From Oculina patagonica (taxonomy: Eukaryota): a DNA stretch of 64,000 bases. The notes below the pieces were generated by a model. It made no database searches and was not told the origin of the DNA. It saw only the letters and a program-made list of their open reading frames with translations. The stretch is from contig NC_135759.1 of the NCBI RefSeq assembly GCF_052425735.1, positions 1,860,001-1,924,000 on the forward strand. Direction: 5' to 3'. The position numbers were made by a program, and so were the translations under genes. Positions 13,255 to 27,855 of this stretch are shown piece by piece. Position 1 is the first letter of the stretch; each line of letters starts with the position of its first letter.

Positions 13255-13740
13255 GAAAAATGTCACAATGAAGTCATAACTCTGGCAAATCCCAGAGGAC
13301 ACAGACAATCCAGCAAACTAATAAAAACTCGAAGCAAATACATGTGGCCAGGACAAAGCGCGGGAAAACAGTGTGCGAACAAGTCACGATTGGTTTTTGA
13401 TTGGTTGAGGACGTGTTGCGAGAGTTTTAAACCAATCACTAAGCGCAGTAATGCAAAGCCAAAGGAAACGCGAATTACTTGCGACACTCAACTGAAAACC
13501 GTTCTACTACACTTTGTGATTGGTTTAAAAAATTCGCGCCACTTTCTCAACCAATCAAAAGTAAAACCAAAACCAAAGCCAATCGTGACTCGCTCATACA
13601 CGTTTTCCCGCGCTTCGTGCCGGCTTCGTGTATTTACTTCGAGTTTTGATTGGAACACTAGATTGTCCATGTCCTTTGTCATTGGCCAGAGTGATTACTG
13701 TCTTTTTGGCTTTATGACATTCAGTTGAAAACCGCTCTAC
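13255..13740. repeat. Interspersed repeat with internal inverted symmetry (CCAATCA/TGATTGG motifs), MITE-like; boundaries approximate
   Basis: The halves are partly reverse-complementary (AAAACTCGAAGCAAATACA vs TGTATTTACTTCGAGTTTT; GCGCGGGAAAAC vs GTTTTCCCGCGC). Confidence 0.5.
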
Positions 13741-16700
13741 TGTGTAACCAGTGACCAGTGAACTGATGTCGATTGATCATACTGAGTTAGAAGCGAACGG
13801 TGTGAAAAGGCAGAGGTTTAGTATCAGCAGTAAAATATTGGAAACTAGAAACCTGCTGTGGCAAAGGAGAATAAAAAAGATTCAGTTTGTGATATTTGTC
13901 TTTGTTTTTCGCTGCACGACACTAAAGTTTTTCGCCATTGGTTGTGGCAAAGGGTAAAAAAACCCTTAAGCACCTATTCGATTCCCCGCATTCAGGGTGC
14001 GTTAAAAAACCTTGTCGTGACATTTATTTTTTTTTACAAGTTCCGATTCATCGAGCTGTCATTGCAACAACAAAAGGCAATAATCAAAGAAAAACACACC
14101 TCTAAAAATAATAATTACAAAAGCTAACATATCCAAAAGGCTAGCTAGTAGCTTATCGGAAGGAGAATTTTTTTTAATTAGAAATAGTCATTAACCGAAT
14201 TTTAAAACCGCTAGAACAACGTAGAAAATCAGCGAAAATTTTGTTGCCAGGGAATAACAGTGATTTTAGATCTGACCCGATAGAATTTCTTCCGGAGTGT
14301 ATAAAGGCAAGTGAACTAATATCTGACTATACAAATGACAACAGTGGACAGCTTTAATTACATTATCGGGACAGTTAAATGAAAAGGAAAGCCACATCCT
14401 ACGGCTCTTACGTAAATCCGTTAAATAGCAAACACTACTGTGTATTCGATAGCCAATAGAAAATCTACCTTTTGACTAAGAGATGTTTCCCTCTGTGAAG
14501 ATGTACAAACAGCATATGTCGATCAAATCAATTTTGATCGCTTTTAACCGGAAGAAAATGCTTCTTAGTTTCGTGTACATTATCAGTGGTTTATGGTGCT
14601 TTCCTTGGAGTGAATTCTAGATAAATACGGCGGAAAACTGGCGTGAGGCTTTAGTATTATTGCTTTTAATTGAATTGGATTAGACGGTGTTAACTACGGA
14701 GTTTTTTTTACATTTTTCACTGTTTACTGAGGGATTTTGACGCAGTTTTTATATTCGTATCGATTTGAGAGCGGTCATGGTAAGTACATTGCATACATTT
14801 CTCTTAAACGAGTTATTTTTGAATCTGTGCTTATAAAATAGATTTCTTCCTTCTCTGTTTACTGCGAGGTGTTTAGCTTGCCTGTTACGAATTAAAAAGA
14901 GTACTGGGACGCGAAGACCAGAAGCCATTTGCGTGCATTCATGAAGAGTACTGTTCTAAAATATACGTGGAATGAGCGCGGTGCCAAAAATATTTCACGT
15001 TATTGTTTCTTATATCCGAAATTTATATATAATTGACAAAGTTTAGTTTAACTTTACTGCAGAAATGGCCGGGCTAGCCTATAAGTAACAGCCGCCTCTG
15101 ATCAGGGCTCCCAGCCACTTTGGCGATGCCGATACGGAGGTGGCTTTATTTCGCGGGCTAAGAAATGGCCAGTTCCCAAAAATTTATTTTTTATGTCGTG
15201 AGAGATTCATCACATGTATCCGCTAGCTCGTTAAATTCGCTCGAGCTCCGAGGTTCTTTGTTTCTAAGTTTGTTACATCGGTGCAAATGACTGTATGTTG
15301 CATTGTACATGATATGCGATTCACAACATGAATCACAGTGTTAATTTAAAATTGAAAAATTAAGGCAGCGCAGCGAGAAACGTTAACATAAAAATATAAG
15401 GCATGGAAAAAAAATGTTCATTTGTCCAACTGAGAGGACATGTTTACATATGCCTCTGGCAGAATTTTCCTCTTGGGCTAATATTACAGAAATACCGAGA
15501 TTTATCTCACGAGTAATTACCAAACTCGGATATTAAGGTGGACAGTGATTCCTGTCATTAAAAGCCTCTCGAATTTCAATTGAAAAAGCCGATATTTTCT
15601 TATCAAAAACAAATCTTTCACTTTCAGAATTCTTATAACATGCCGCCAACTGAAAAAGGGAGGAAAAACACATCTAACACCTACAAATATTTGTCTTTTC
15701 ACGCGAGTGATGTCAGCTCTTTATGACAACATGTCATTAGATTTCCTTTTTTTGTCCATTACAGACCCATTATTTTAAACGATTTTTTTGAGGAAGAGAA
15801 GGGCTGACAGTTAAGAGTTTCCATCTAAAATTTATTTTCGGGCTTAGGTGGTGATATCAGAATAAAGTTATAATTATGGCAGACTTTCGAATTGCCTCGA
15901 GTCAGCTCATAAAAAAATAAATCTTTGCAGGGCAGTACTTTTTTGATGTTTTTAATAAGCAATTGTCATTTTCAAATTTTTTGGTACAAGCTAGACTGAC
16001 AGTTTATGTCAAATTTAAAACTTATCAAAATCTCAAATTCACGTGAAAATTTAGCCTGCGTGCAGCAGTTTTTGTTTAGTCACGCGAGGAAATCCGAGAC
16101 GGCTGCATGCAGAAAAGTGAAAAACATCCGCTTTTATTTTGACGACCACATCGATTTGCAGCCATTTCAAGTCGGAAGCAGTGTTGCTAACACAATGGGA
16201 GATGACATCTGTAATAAACGCTGTTTGGACTGATAAAGCAAAGTCGCGACGCCAAAAGGTCAGAGCATTCTCCGTTTTTTTTTTCTGTTTGTTTGTTTTT
16301 TTAGAAGGAAAACATAAGTGTGATGATCCCAATGTGTTTTTGCAAAACTGAAATTATTTGTAGTTTCTCGGCAAAACTTCCGAGTTTCCAAATTCCCGGC
16401 AATTTCTTATAGACTCCTACTTTAGATACGATTTCCAACAAAAAAAAATGTGCTGATCCTTCCCGACCGAAATAGCTTTTATTAGAGTTACAGTAACTCC
16501 CGAGTTGTTTTTTTCGCGCGCTCGCGCCTTTTTTTTTAAAGAGTGGGGTCCCCCCTTTTTAAACAGGATTTTACATTTTGCTTACTTTTTTCTCAGAATA
16601 GGATATATTCAACATTTATCTTAGCTCAATCAGTCACCCTGTTTCTATCAGCTATTTATCTGCTTCAAGGTATTTTTTTTAGCATGACCTATTTTAAAAG

Positions 16701-18723
16701 TTTAATTTAAAAAAATGGCCAAGGAAATTAAAATTGCTATCTGTCGGTAGTCCACAACTAACTACCTAAATTTCAGTACAAGAAAAACATAAAATTGATT
16801 CCGTGGTATAGGGTTTCTCGATTGCAAACAGCATGTGAAATCATTCTCGACCTCAGGGCTCTTCCCGCTTTTGCGTCTTGAGGGGCAGTCAAGAAAGCGA
16901 AGGTCTGGGATCGAAAATGAACGCCAAACAATTCAAGGAACAAAGCTTCGAAAAGCTTGCAACGTTCGAAATGTTGATTATCTTTAAGCTGAGTTTTCAC
17001 AAATTGATAAATGGACTAACCATTAGATAAAGCCCACATGGATTACTTTACTATCTTTCTAACTAGATTAGAGAGAAAAGCCGCCAGCATTAACGCTTCA
17101 AGCATCACATCGACTTCAAATGCATCGACTTCAATAAAAGAGTTGATCTAAAATACTAAAACCTCTCTTACAATAAATTTAAAGAATACTGCATCGACTC
17201 CAAAAATTTATCTTCTTAAACTGAATGGTCTGAATGAGAAAGGGCTCGTTTATATATAATTTATGTCCTTATTGAAACGAATGGACTATAGATGTGCTCA
17301 ATTTAATTAATGCCCCTGAAATATTGGTGCAAAACATCAAAAGAGAATCTGACGCCAGATCTTCCAAAATGTGACGATTTATCGCTTCAACCCACCTTTG
17401 ATTAAATATTTATTACTTATCAATGAACACAACGATTAACAAAACATTTTTTTCTCACGGGCAATCACCCTTTCTTTTTTTAATCGAAGTTTTTGACATG
17501 CGGTGGTTTTAACGATCAGCAAAAAGCATTTTAATTATTTTCGATCAAAATCAAACTAAGCCACAGTCAATCAAAAGCCCTTTTATCAGATAACAAATTC
17601 ACGCCTTTCACTTCTAAGCAAGATTTTTTATTTAGCCTAAAACTTTGTCATTTCAGTCCGACAACAGTCCGACAAAGATTTGCTGAGTAACGCATCGAAA
17701 ACAGTGCCGGGTAATGGATAAGAAATCATAGTACGGAGCAACTGCGCATGCTATAGGAGGGTGAGTTTGAGGTGGAAAGCTTCGCCTGACCCTACATTGA
17801 TTTCACTGTGATATTGAAGCTACAAACACTTACTAACAAGAAACTCCTCATTTTCGACAACTGGCCATTTTTTTTCGAATAAACCTATCAAAAAACAGCC
17901 GAAAATAAGCCGACCCAGTGGGAAATTGGCCAACCCAGTGACGTTTTATCCCTAAAACCCGGTGTAGATAAAGATTCCACTGGGTCTGTTACAGAGGGGT
18001 GTTTATAGGAACAAAGCCAGGTCGTCGAGAGGTATCCAGCTACGGGTTTATGGCTTATGTTTAGATAGTATTACGGTTATTAAGAAAGCCTAAGGGAACG
18101 TAGGGATGCATGGTCAAAGCTGAACGAATTGAAAGGCTTTTGGAGGAAGCGGTGTAGGAAACGTGGTTGTGGAGAAAGAGGAGAATTGAGGGAGAGAGGA
18201 CAGGAGTCTAAACTTCCCACTTCCAGTTTATTTTTCTCCCAGTTCCGCCCCTTTATTAATGATTCCCGCCTCTTATCTTTACGCCGCAATTTTGCGCATT
18301 TTTTTATTATTATTTTAGGTTTCGGCCATCTTAGGAATCCTGCTTCCCGCATCTCTTTTCTCGCAACTCGAAGACTTCTCGAAGACTTCCCTCGCCTCCT
18401 TCAGTCCGGGAATCTCTATTTCCCACCCTCACTCTACAACATCATATCATGATTTGCTCAATTTTTATGAAAACTCTGTCTACAGTGCTTACTTAAAATC
18501 GCTTTTTTCCTTAACCTGTAAAAAAGTCACTACAATATACGATACTATAATATATATATACTATAATATAGGCACTATTTCCATCGTTTTCTTTTAGCAC
18601 TCATTGTTAGATATTGTTACACAGGTTTAATAAAATCACTATATCATAGAAGGTGAGTTTTTTCCCTTCAATTCACAAATAGTTTTTTAATTTCAGACTT
18701 TGGACTGATCTGGTAAGCCATCA

Positions 18724-21174
18724 ATGACCATTCGACAGAAGATGACTAACTTCACTGCATCCAACAATCTGAACACCACAGCAACACCTGAAGCAGAAGA
18801 ACAGTCATTTGACTTCACGCTGAAATTCATTGCCACCTTTCTTTTGATTATTATCATCGTTCTCACACTTCTCGGCAATTCGCTTGTCATCCGGGCATTT
18901 GTGGCCTTCCGGAAGTTGCGTAACGTCACCAACTACTTTGTGGTGTCCCTGGCCGTTACGGACATCTTGGTGGCGGTGTTTTCGATGCCGGTATGGGCGG
19001 CCTATCTACTGACAGGACCACAATGGAAGTTTTCTTTGTGGTTGATGAAGATCTGGCAGTCGTTTGACATCTTGTGCGGCGTGGCGTCCATTTCGCACCT
19101 TCTCCTCATCAGCATCGAACGCTACATCTGCATCTCGACCCCGCTGAGGTACCACAGCGTTGTGACAACGCCCAAGACGCGTGTCGCCATCTGCGCGGCG
19201 TGGTCCTTTGCGCTGATCATGACTATCATCAAACTTGTGCTCTGGGGGGAGTCCCGTTCCACGGTTTATCAGCTGGTTGCGTTTTCGCTGTGTTTTGCTG
19301 CGCCTGTACTGGTCATGAGCTACGCGTATTTCATGATCTTCCGAGTCTCTCGCACTCAAGCCAAGAAGATGCTGCTGAAGATCGGAGAGAAGACCAAGAG
19401 GTTCTGTCTCCCGAAGGAGTTGAAGGCTGCCAAGACACTTGGGGTAGTGATGGGGGCTTTTGTGCTCTGTTGGTTCCCGTTCTTCTTTCTCAATATCTTT
19501 AATGCTCTATGCCGGTAAGTCATCAATAAGATAGCATGAAGCAAGTATAAGTTTGTCGCTCCCCTAAAAGACTTGATGCTACTCTATCACAGGTTATTCC
19601 TCACTGAGATAGCATTTTAACCAGGTTGTATTCCTGGGTGGGGAAAGACATCTATAGTGAGGGTTAACACACTAACCATTGCAACACCGTGTCTCAGACA
19701 ATTAGAGCGTAAATAGTGTAAATCCGCCACCGTCATTCGATTCATAATCACATTTACAAAACAAGTCCAAGATCCTAACTTATTTTTAGTAAATACCCTT
19801 TAACTAAACTTACCCTCACAGACCGAACAAAAGTCTAGTCAGACGACAAATTAATTTACTTTCAGACTTTTTATCTCTTTCCACTATTAGCACAATTTTA
19901 ACTTGAAGTTTTCCCCGGGAGCTGGAGGTGCTTGAAAACTCATTTTTTTTTTCTAATTAGCGTGTTTTGTTTTTGGCGATCTTAGTGGGACCTGAGTTGA
20001 GCCATTTTAAATTTTTGCACCTTCCCGTCGCCGGTAAGTGTCTAGCGCTTTACGCTCACTTTAAGCTCCACAAAGAACCCCCGAAAAATACCTTTTCTGC
20101 ATGTTAACACACCCGTGAGATTCTCTGGGATTTAGACAATTGTGTGAACTGGGGGGACTGGGAGAGCTAACTCTGGCCACTAAAAAATTCCCTGTTTTTA
20201 GCCAGGCTACAATGGTATATTGTAATTCCTGAGTTTTGATTGGTTAACTTAACAGGCAATGGTATATGAGCACATATACCATTGATCACAAATAAAGTAG
20301 CCGATACGCGTCAACGAAAACAGCTGGGGACCTTAAATATTGTAATTCTTTGGGCGTTTTTAATAAAAGAAATGGGGTTTTTTTTTTGAAAACAATTTTG
20401 CCAACTCGGCGGTACGTGCCTCGTTGGCTATCTGCCATCTTATATCCAACGCGTGCTCGTGGAATAATTGTAAGGACCAGAATGGCACCAAAAAGTATAC
20501 AAAAATTGTTCACTTCCCAACGTGTGCTATAACCAACAAAATCACCAACCGACACTGACTGCCCTTGGAGCGGAGTGTGACGCAAGAGCCAGCGAAGTGC
20601 GGAATTAATACCAAACCCGTTACTCGAGTGCTTTTGTTTGACAAATCCTGTGCCCCATTTGCTAAACAGAGCCCAAGAAAACAAAAAACAAGGCCGACTT
20701 CGTCCCAGGGCCCCGCTCCAAGATGGGGCGGGAGGGAAGGCCTCGTACTGGAAAAATGCGGAGTGAACTTTTCCTTTAAGTATACAGTTCATAGCTTTCA
20801 GACACCTTTAAAAAATCAAAACTAAATTCATACTTCTTTGAAATTTCAGTGAATGCCGCATTGACGTAGAAGCAGTGATGGTCGCAAAGGGGCTTCACTA
20901 CTTCAACTCAGTTCTCAACCCCATCATTTACAGTTTGATGAACCAGCAATTCAAGACTGCCTTTAAACACCTCTTCAAATTCACGTACTCCAACCTAACC
21001 GGGAGAGTTCCCTCGCTCACGAAATCAGAACTTGAACGACAGTTGTCGACATCGAGAACTCGGGGCTTCTCTTCACTGAAAAGCAGATCATCCACGCTGG
21101 AAAAAAACAACTGTGCAACAACTGAGCTATGCGTCAGTTGCCCAGACAAAACTGCGCACTCCACCAGCTCGTAG
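18724..21174 (+). CDS. Class A aminergic-like GPCR; exons 18724-19514 and 20850-21174 (start could be 18742)
   Basis: TM1 GN, TM2 SLAVTD, TM3 Asp (SFDILC) and ERY, TM6 CWFP, TM7 NPIIY. CG|GTAAGT donor at 19515 and TTTCAG acceptor ending 20849 join in frame. Confidence 0.9.
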
Positions 21175-24100
21175 ATGACTACATTTGCAGCGAAACATTT
21201 ATGAAAGGGACTCCTTGGCCATCCTGCTCTCACTATTTTGCACATCACTGCCTCACCTAGTACATTCTTAAGTACGAACTGAGAATGTTTTTATGCGATG
21301 ACTTTCTAGGTGACAGTTCAAAATGGCTGCCTTACTTTGGTAGAGCCCAGTTTCCTCGTGTCTTGTAATACGGAAGCACGAGGCCTGTGATTGGGGAGCC
21401 TTGGGAATCAGTTTAGGTCTGGCCGACGGGTATGTGTCAGTTCAGTCCAAAGTCTCATGTTCAAGCTCATCGCGAGGAAATTGTCAAGCCCTGCTTTGGG
21501 TTAAAAGCACCTTGTTCTATTCATCGCTGAACATCAAAAAGAGCGGGAAGTTTTAGCGGCAAAGTTCACAGCCATGGAGTGTCACGACAGATGAGGACAA
21601 GTAGTTGCTCTTTTGCTGTGGTTGTAAAAAAGAAAAGAAAACCGAAGCAGCAAGAATTACTTTTCACTTGACTTGTCAGATCTCATTAATCCGGAGGTAA
21701 ACTGCGGACAATTGAAGCCGTTTCTCACGAGGAGACTAAAGGGACGAGGAGACTACGGGAGTCCCGTAGTGAGTTCCTCTGTGTGCGGAATGATCCGCGA
21801 ATTTCTTGACAAAACCTACGTTCTGTTTTAAGCAGAGAAATACCAACTCGGGACAAATTGAGTAAATTTTAAAACAGTCTTGCCATGCCGAAACAGGAAG
21901 AAGGGTTGCGTGACGTCCCAAATAAATTTTTGGAAAGAAGGGGAGGGAAGAAGGTTGGTGGGGATTGAGTACAGAAGAAACCATATGTCTCTGCTACTGC
22001 AACAAAATCGCAGATCTCAGAAGCAACGACATTATTCAGGACTCGGGGGGATCCCATAGAAAGGGACGAGGACGCTCGTTGAAAGATTTAAGTTAAACCC
22101 CTATAAGGAGACCAATCTAGGCGTGGCTAAAGCTTTTTTACACCCCTATTATAAAAAGATACAACTTTTCGTTCCTGGTAGGTCTAGACCGCTTACACGG
22201 CATGACAGTGTTTTTATTACTTCAAGCGCAACTCTAAACGAGAGCTTTAAATATTGGCGTTGTGTCCTGAACACCCTCAGTGGAAGCAAAATCGGTCAAA
22301 ACCGCTAGCTTCGCAGGTTATAAGACGTCAAGCATCCACGTCCCCTAATTTCAGCAGTAACGACATTATTCTGAGCCCCGCATTTCCTAAAGCCGTCCGG
22401 TGTCCACCGCGGTCAAACGACAGAAATATGCAAAAAATAAGAAAAGTACTGTAAAGATAAGGTTTTAATTTTCACAGTGCAAAGTTCGATACATAACCGG
22501 TATCCTAAGGGTTTACTAAGTTTTTTGGAGCTTTACTAAAAAAGTTCTACGTGTTTGAAAATAGCAATATGCGGACTTGTCGGCGCCATTTGTCAAAGCA
22601 CTTTGGTTCGGATGCGAAACATTTAAAAAGTAAAAACACTGGTTTACCTGAGGGAATGGGAGAATGCTTTCACTCAGCAACTATTTTTATCTATCCTTGC
22701 TCGTAATAACACTTCAATTTGAACAAAAAACGGCGAAATGGAAAGAAAACCTGCCCGAGACGTTTGACCGCGGTGAACGTTCGGTGTAGCGGTAGGGATG
22801 GCGGTGTACCTAGTGTTACTGTTATAAATCATATAAACATGATCTCATAGTTTTGTCAAACCATTTGTATGAAACAATCTGCTGCCGAAACAAAATAACG
22901 ATGGTGTACATACAAGCTTGCTACTTTGATAATAAATATACGTTTTCATCTCTAACGACTGTAATCGTATCATACCTATAAAGCGTTAAAAATATCTCTT
23001 ATCAGTCAGTCTAAAATTGAAGTCAAAAAAGAATAAAAAACCGCCACGAACCGTTCAGTTCTTGGATTTTTTTTTTTACAATGATTTAAATAGGGGGAGA
23101 TTAGTAGTTTTGAAATAAATAGATAGAAAAGGAGGTTAAAATTAGAATTTAAGTTGATAATAGATGAACAGCAAATATGGGTAGTCTATTTGCTGCGTAC
23201 TTTTAAAAACGCCCCCTTATGTATGCCAACAGTACAGATTTGACTTCATCGCAAGTTTTATTTTATTTTTTTCAAGTAACAGCAGCGCTGATAAAAAATT
23301 TACCTCTCTGTTGTTGTTCTACAGTTAAACACAAAATCAACAAAAGCTGGGACAACTTTTCCCAGCGCTTTGATAATAGTCTACCCGATTTTATTATTGG
23401 CAGAATACAAGTTTGCAATTTGGTTCCTACAACACACATCAGTGGCTATCGGAACAGTACAGACAAAAACTAACCACAACAATTGTTTAAACATGATACG
23501 GCCTAATAAGCATAACAGTACATTAGCTTAAGAAACGTACAGCAAGCAGATAAATATTTTCTAAGCTGTAATATGTAACCATGGAAAATAATACGGGAAC
23601 ACATTGAATATTGAATGAAATATTGGCTCTTGAAACATGTCCAAAGTACAAATGATTCTCTTATAACGCATAGTTGTGAGGCTAAAATATACAAAAATGT
23701 TTGCAAACATTGACTTTAAGCATTGTCTAAATGTGTTTTTTTAACACCTTTTTTTTAAAACTAGACAACACGAATACCTTTAACAAGCTCTGTCTAGTTC
23801 TAATATTTGCTCGTCCTTGTCTGAGCTTATAAATTCTAAATATAACAATATTAAATATCATGGAACGATCAACCTAAACAAGAGGACGGTTTTATCAAAA
23901 TCATGCAAAAAAAAAAAACAACTCTTTACCAAATAATGGCTATGCCAACACAATACTCAAAGAATATCCCAGAATAGACCTTTTCAAAGCTTTTTCTCTG
24001 CCCATATTAACCCGGCGTCGCAAACAATGGCTCAAAAATACAGAGCTCGTTTATATAAGACTTTAATGTCACATAATTTTCTTTATGCACTACTATTCCA

Positions 24101-24739
24101 CGATATTTATCATTACTGATGAGGCATGACAGATATAGCTTTCCTAGAAGGGTGCAAATAGGCTTTTACGTTTTCCAGACATTTGACTCAAAGCCCAGTT
24201 AAATTCGCGGAAAAATTCTCAAACAGGCATCAGTTCGAACGAATAAAAAAAACATAAAATTGCGACCGCACACTTTTATAGCACAGCGAGAACCCCTAAA
24301 ATTTGATCCGTAAAATCCTTTGTCTGTTATTTTAAGTTTACCATTCATGGATTTTTCAAAATTCAATTTTTTCGTAAATCATTTGACTTCAAATCTGCTT
24401 TTTTGCGGCTGGCAATAGCGAGGTAGTAGGTGCGACATTCATAAGCAAACTTAAATCCAAATAATTAAATCCATCAGAAAAAAAAAGTTCACAACAAACG
24501 TTAAATAACTCGCCATCACGAACAAAATGCCAAAAGTTAGACCGAAATATATATGAGGAACTTTTGCCCTTTGCGGGAAAAAACAACGCGAAGTTTACAT
24601 ATTTATATGGCGGGAAAAAACTTGTAAAGGTCTATTTACCTGTTTAGTTAACCCTCATAACAAATGCAACTGTTCTAACTGGTTAAATGGAAATAATTTG
24701 CGCTTAATCTGCACATCTTTTCAGCCGGATTTATAGAAA

Positions 24740-26334
24740 TTAGTCGCGCTTGATTTGGACATCACAATTGTAGAAGTTGTACTTAGGAAGAGTGCTGGCT
24801 GTTTGAGCCACTTGTGAAGTTTGTGCTAAGTTGCTTGCTGCCGGGAGGATAGGTACAGGACGCTGGCTGCTGGCTACAGCTTGATGGATGCTGCCGGCTA
24901 CAGCTTGTGAAGCTTGTGCTAAGTTGCTTGCTGCCGGAATGCTGGCTACAGCGACCGACTGGTTGTTTTTCAACAGAACTGGGAATTTACGAACCTGTAA
25001 TACAATTTCACCGCTCGACTGCTGTTGTTGTTCAATCTCGACCATGGTACCAATGACTCTTTCAGCAGTTTCAGGGGCGGAGCTAGCTAGCGGGACTCCA
25101 AGAGGTGCTTCGTCGATTCCAACGAAACTGCTCAGCTGAGCGGACTTCTGCTGCAGTTGCTCAAAGGTTGGTTCACCATCGCTGGGAGATTCGACCTTTT
25201 TCACGATTCCGCGCGATTGAACAGCAACAGAAGTCGCCCTCAGGCAATGGTTGGTAAGATGTGGAGTAATTCCTGCGCGCTTGCTCATGTATTTCATAAA
25301 GGAGTTTAGTACAGTCCTTCCAACGGGAGAGAGGGAGTACCATACCAGGTCTTCAGGCTTGAAATGTGTACGCTGGCCGTCTTTTGGCCGTTGAAACAGC
25401 ACATCTGAAGCGGGATTCAGGTGCGAAAGATAATTCTTGATCGTATTAACCGGACACCTTGCAGATCCCGGTACAGCAAATATCTTCGCTTCAGATTCCT
25501 CTTCGCCGTCGTCCGAGGAAATAGCTGAGGGCAATGAACCAGGCATTTGTCTGTTAAGTTCATAGTACTCTATTCCTTGAGGTGTTTTTCCAAGGACCAG
25601 CATATCACGCTTAAGTAAGCGCTGGTTTTCACGTCCTCGTCGTCCAAAGAACAGCGCGACATAAAACCACGCCGTCCTCTGAAGTTGTGCAGGGTCGTTG
25701 CTGTCGGCGGGTCCAAGTTGACCGCTATCAAACAGCCTTCGAACTTGCTCTTTCGTGATGGCTTTCTTGTGAACAATATCCTCTATTTTCCCAGACATCT
25801 TGAGATCTTTAACGAAAGCACCCAGCACTTTATTTGCTTCAGTAAACGCAGCATCAGAGATCACAGAAAACGGCTTGTTGTGTGGCGCTGATCGAAGATG
25901 ACGGTCGATAGCAGCTCGAATTGACTTCAGCGATGAGGCTTTATAATACGAGCCGTCTTGTTTCCTTGCTGAAGTGTAGAAGCATTTTAAACAGGTATTA
26001 AGCTCCTCCTTCGACATTTCCTCAATTGGTTTCGGAAATTTAGCGCCTCCAGGGCTAGCAAGCCAGTCTGGATAAAAAAATATAAAAGCTTTCATTCAAT
26101 AAAATAATGCGCAGTGTGTGTATGTGATTTCAAACATTGTGCTTTCATTCAAGGTTGTTGAATTAAAACTTCTCAGCAATAATTACTTTCAAATTCATGA
26201 AAGCAAAACTTACCGTTAAAAATTTTCATCCCAAACTTTGTGGCTTTCACCGTTGACTTCGCCGTGGCATTGTCTAACAGTCTCTGAATTTCGTCAGGCG
26301 ACAACTCTCCAAACCTTGTGCTAACCGCCGCCAT
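24740..26334 (-). CDS. Crypton-derived tyrosine-recombinase-fold protein (DUF3504; ZMYM/QRICH1/KCTD1-like), about 482 aa; exons 26334-26214 and 26067-24740
   Basis: Exon 1 MAAVSTRFGELSPDEIQRLLDNATAKSTVKATKFGMKIFN splices through a 146-nt phase-1 GT-AG intron to DWLASP. Motifs RKQDGSYY..SSL..IRAAIDRHL, FGRRGRE, RCPV, LFQRP and NHCLRAT are present. Confidence 0.85.
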
Positions 26335-27855
26335 TTTCCTTCATACAAGCTCGCTTGCGTGAATGAAAGAAAATTGTAAACACGCGGTTTTTTTCCATAT
26401 AAGGTGACGTCGGAGCATATGTTCCAATAACCGTACGCTTTGAGCCAATAAGAAAACTAGAAATATAATAACCCGCAGTACATTTATAATTTACATATAT
26501 TAGCCTGACAGAAGATGATAAACTTACTTTCATTTTCATTCCATTTAAAACATAGCGCAGCTAAGAAACAAAAAAAAATTAAGTTTGCGGTGAAATAAAG
26601 TTGTACCGTATGTTGTGAAAACATTGGTCACCGAAATCTAGCGTTTTCCGCAAAATTTGTCGACATTTTCGCGTCGATCGAGCTTGACTGAAACCAAATT
26701 GTAAACACGAAGATATTTGCATACGGCGAAGCATATGGCTTGATAACCTTTAAAAGGTTTATGGTCAGTATGAATGCTGCCAATACAATCACTGTAATAG
26801 TTTGTTATTAATTTAATGCTAATGAGAACACTCAAAAGTCTTTTCTGTCACGTTTCGGATGAATAGGCTGAGTGATTGAATTATTTTTCACCTTAATTTC
26901 TGTATATATTTTCCGTACTATTCGTTGCATTTCAGTTTTGTTTTCATCTATTGTATCTCGATCTGTTTACTTTGTAGATGTTTTAAAATACGGCTGTTGT
27001 TAAAAACGTCGATGGTGAATATATATTTTGAACATCACCGTAGTACCTGATATAGCGAAGAAATATGGAATCATCTACAGAGAGGGCCAACATTGATATT
27101 GATCTTCATACAGACAATATCGACCCACAGCCGCAATATCGGGATCATCACGCGACGAAGCATTGCGTGACGATCCGAAAGGTCACGCAATTCTAGGCAA
27201 TTTTGACTCGGTTATAGTAACTGAAATATCACATTAACGGCTAAAACTTGTAGAAGAACTCAAAAGGAACACAAAAAAGCCGCGAAGGAGCATAGATGAA
27301 CAAAATTGGAGAAAATTGAAAACGGATCGACTTTTTCACAAGTTTAGTTTACTTTTATCTCAGGTTGAATAAAAATAAGTCCGCAATGCGTACAAGTGTA
27401 GCTGACGAAATACTTCTTACAACAGTATATTACTTAGCTTCTTCTCATCGATGTTTATAACACCGGTACAGCCTTCTTGACATTGTTCTTTATGGTTCGG
27501 TGGAGGATGTATCGGTCAATGTTGCTGACAATGCTGTTGTATGCTCTGCCAACTTATCCCTTTCAATCGTTAACTTACAAAGTTCTGTCCTTTTTTCGAA
27601 CTTTATTTTACATCGTTGCATTACATATTACTGGTTTACCTATACCACTGTATACAATCTTAGCTAACATAAGACAGTAGATGGCATTAAATAGACATTT
27701 TTATTGTCGTAAAGATTCCAAGGGGCGAGAATCATCACTTCCACCCCATTCTACTAAAGGGTTCCAGAGTCTCACAAAAATCATCCAAATCTTATAGTTT
27801 TGATCTTTGTTCAGTTTTTTTTACAAATGGTAAACATAGGTCACTTTCACTAAGA

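Noticed and set aside
13177-13728. 183-aa ORF
   Set aside because: Lies within an internally inverted interspersed repeat and has no protein features.
14770-18724. Possible upstream coding exon for GPCR1 (ATG|GTAAGT near 14780 spliced to the acceptor at 18696)
   Set aside because: The join gives ATG-ACT-TTG-GAC-TGA, so at most a 5' UTR exon or uORF; it cannot be supported without transcripts.
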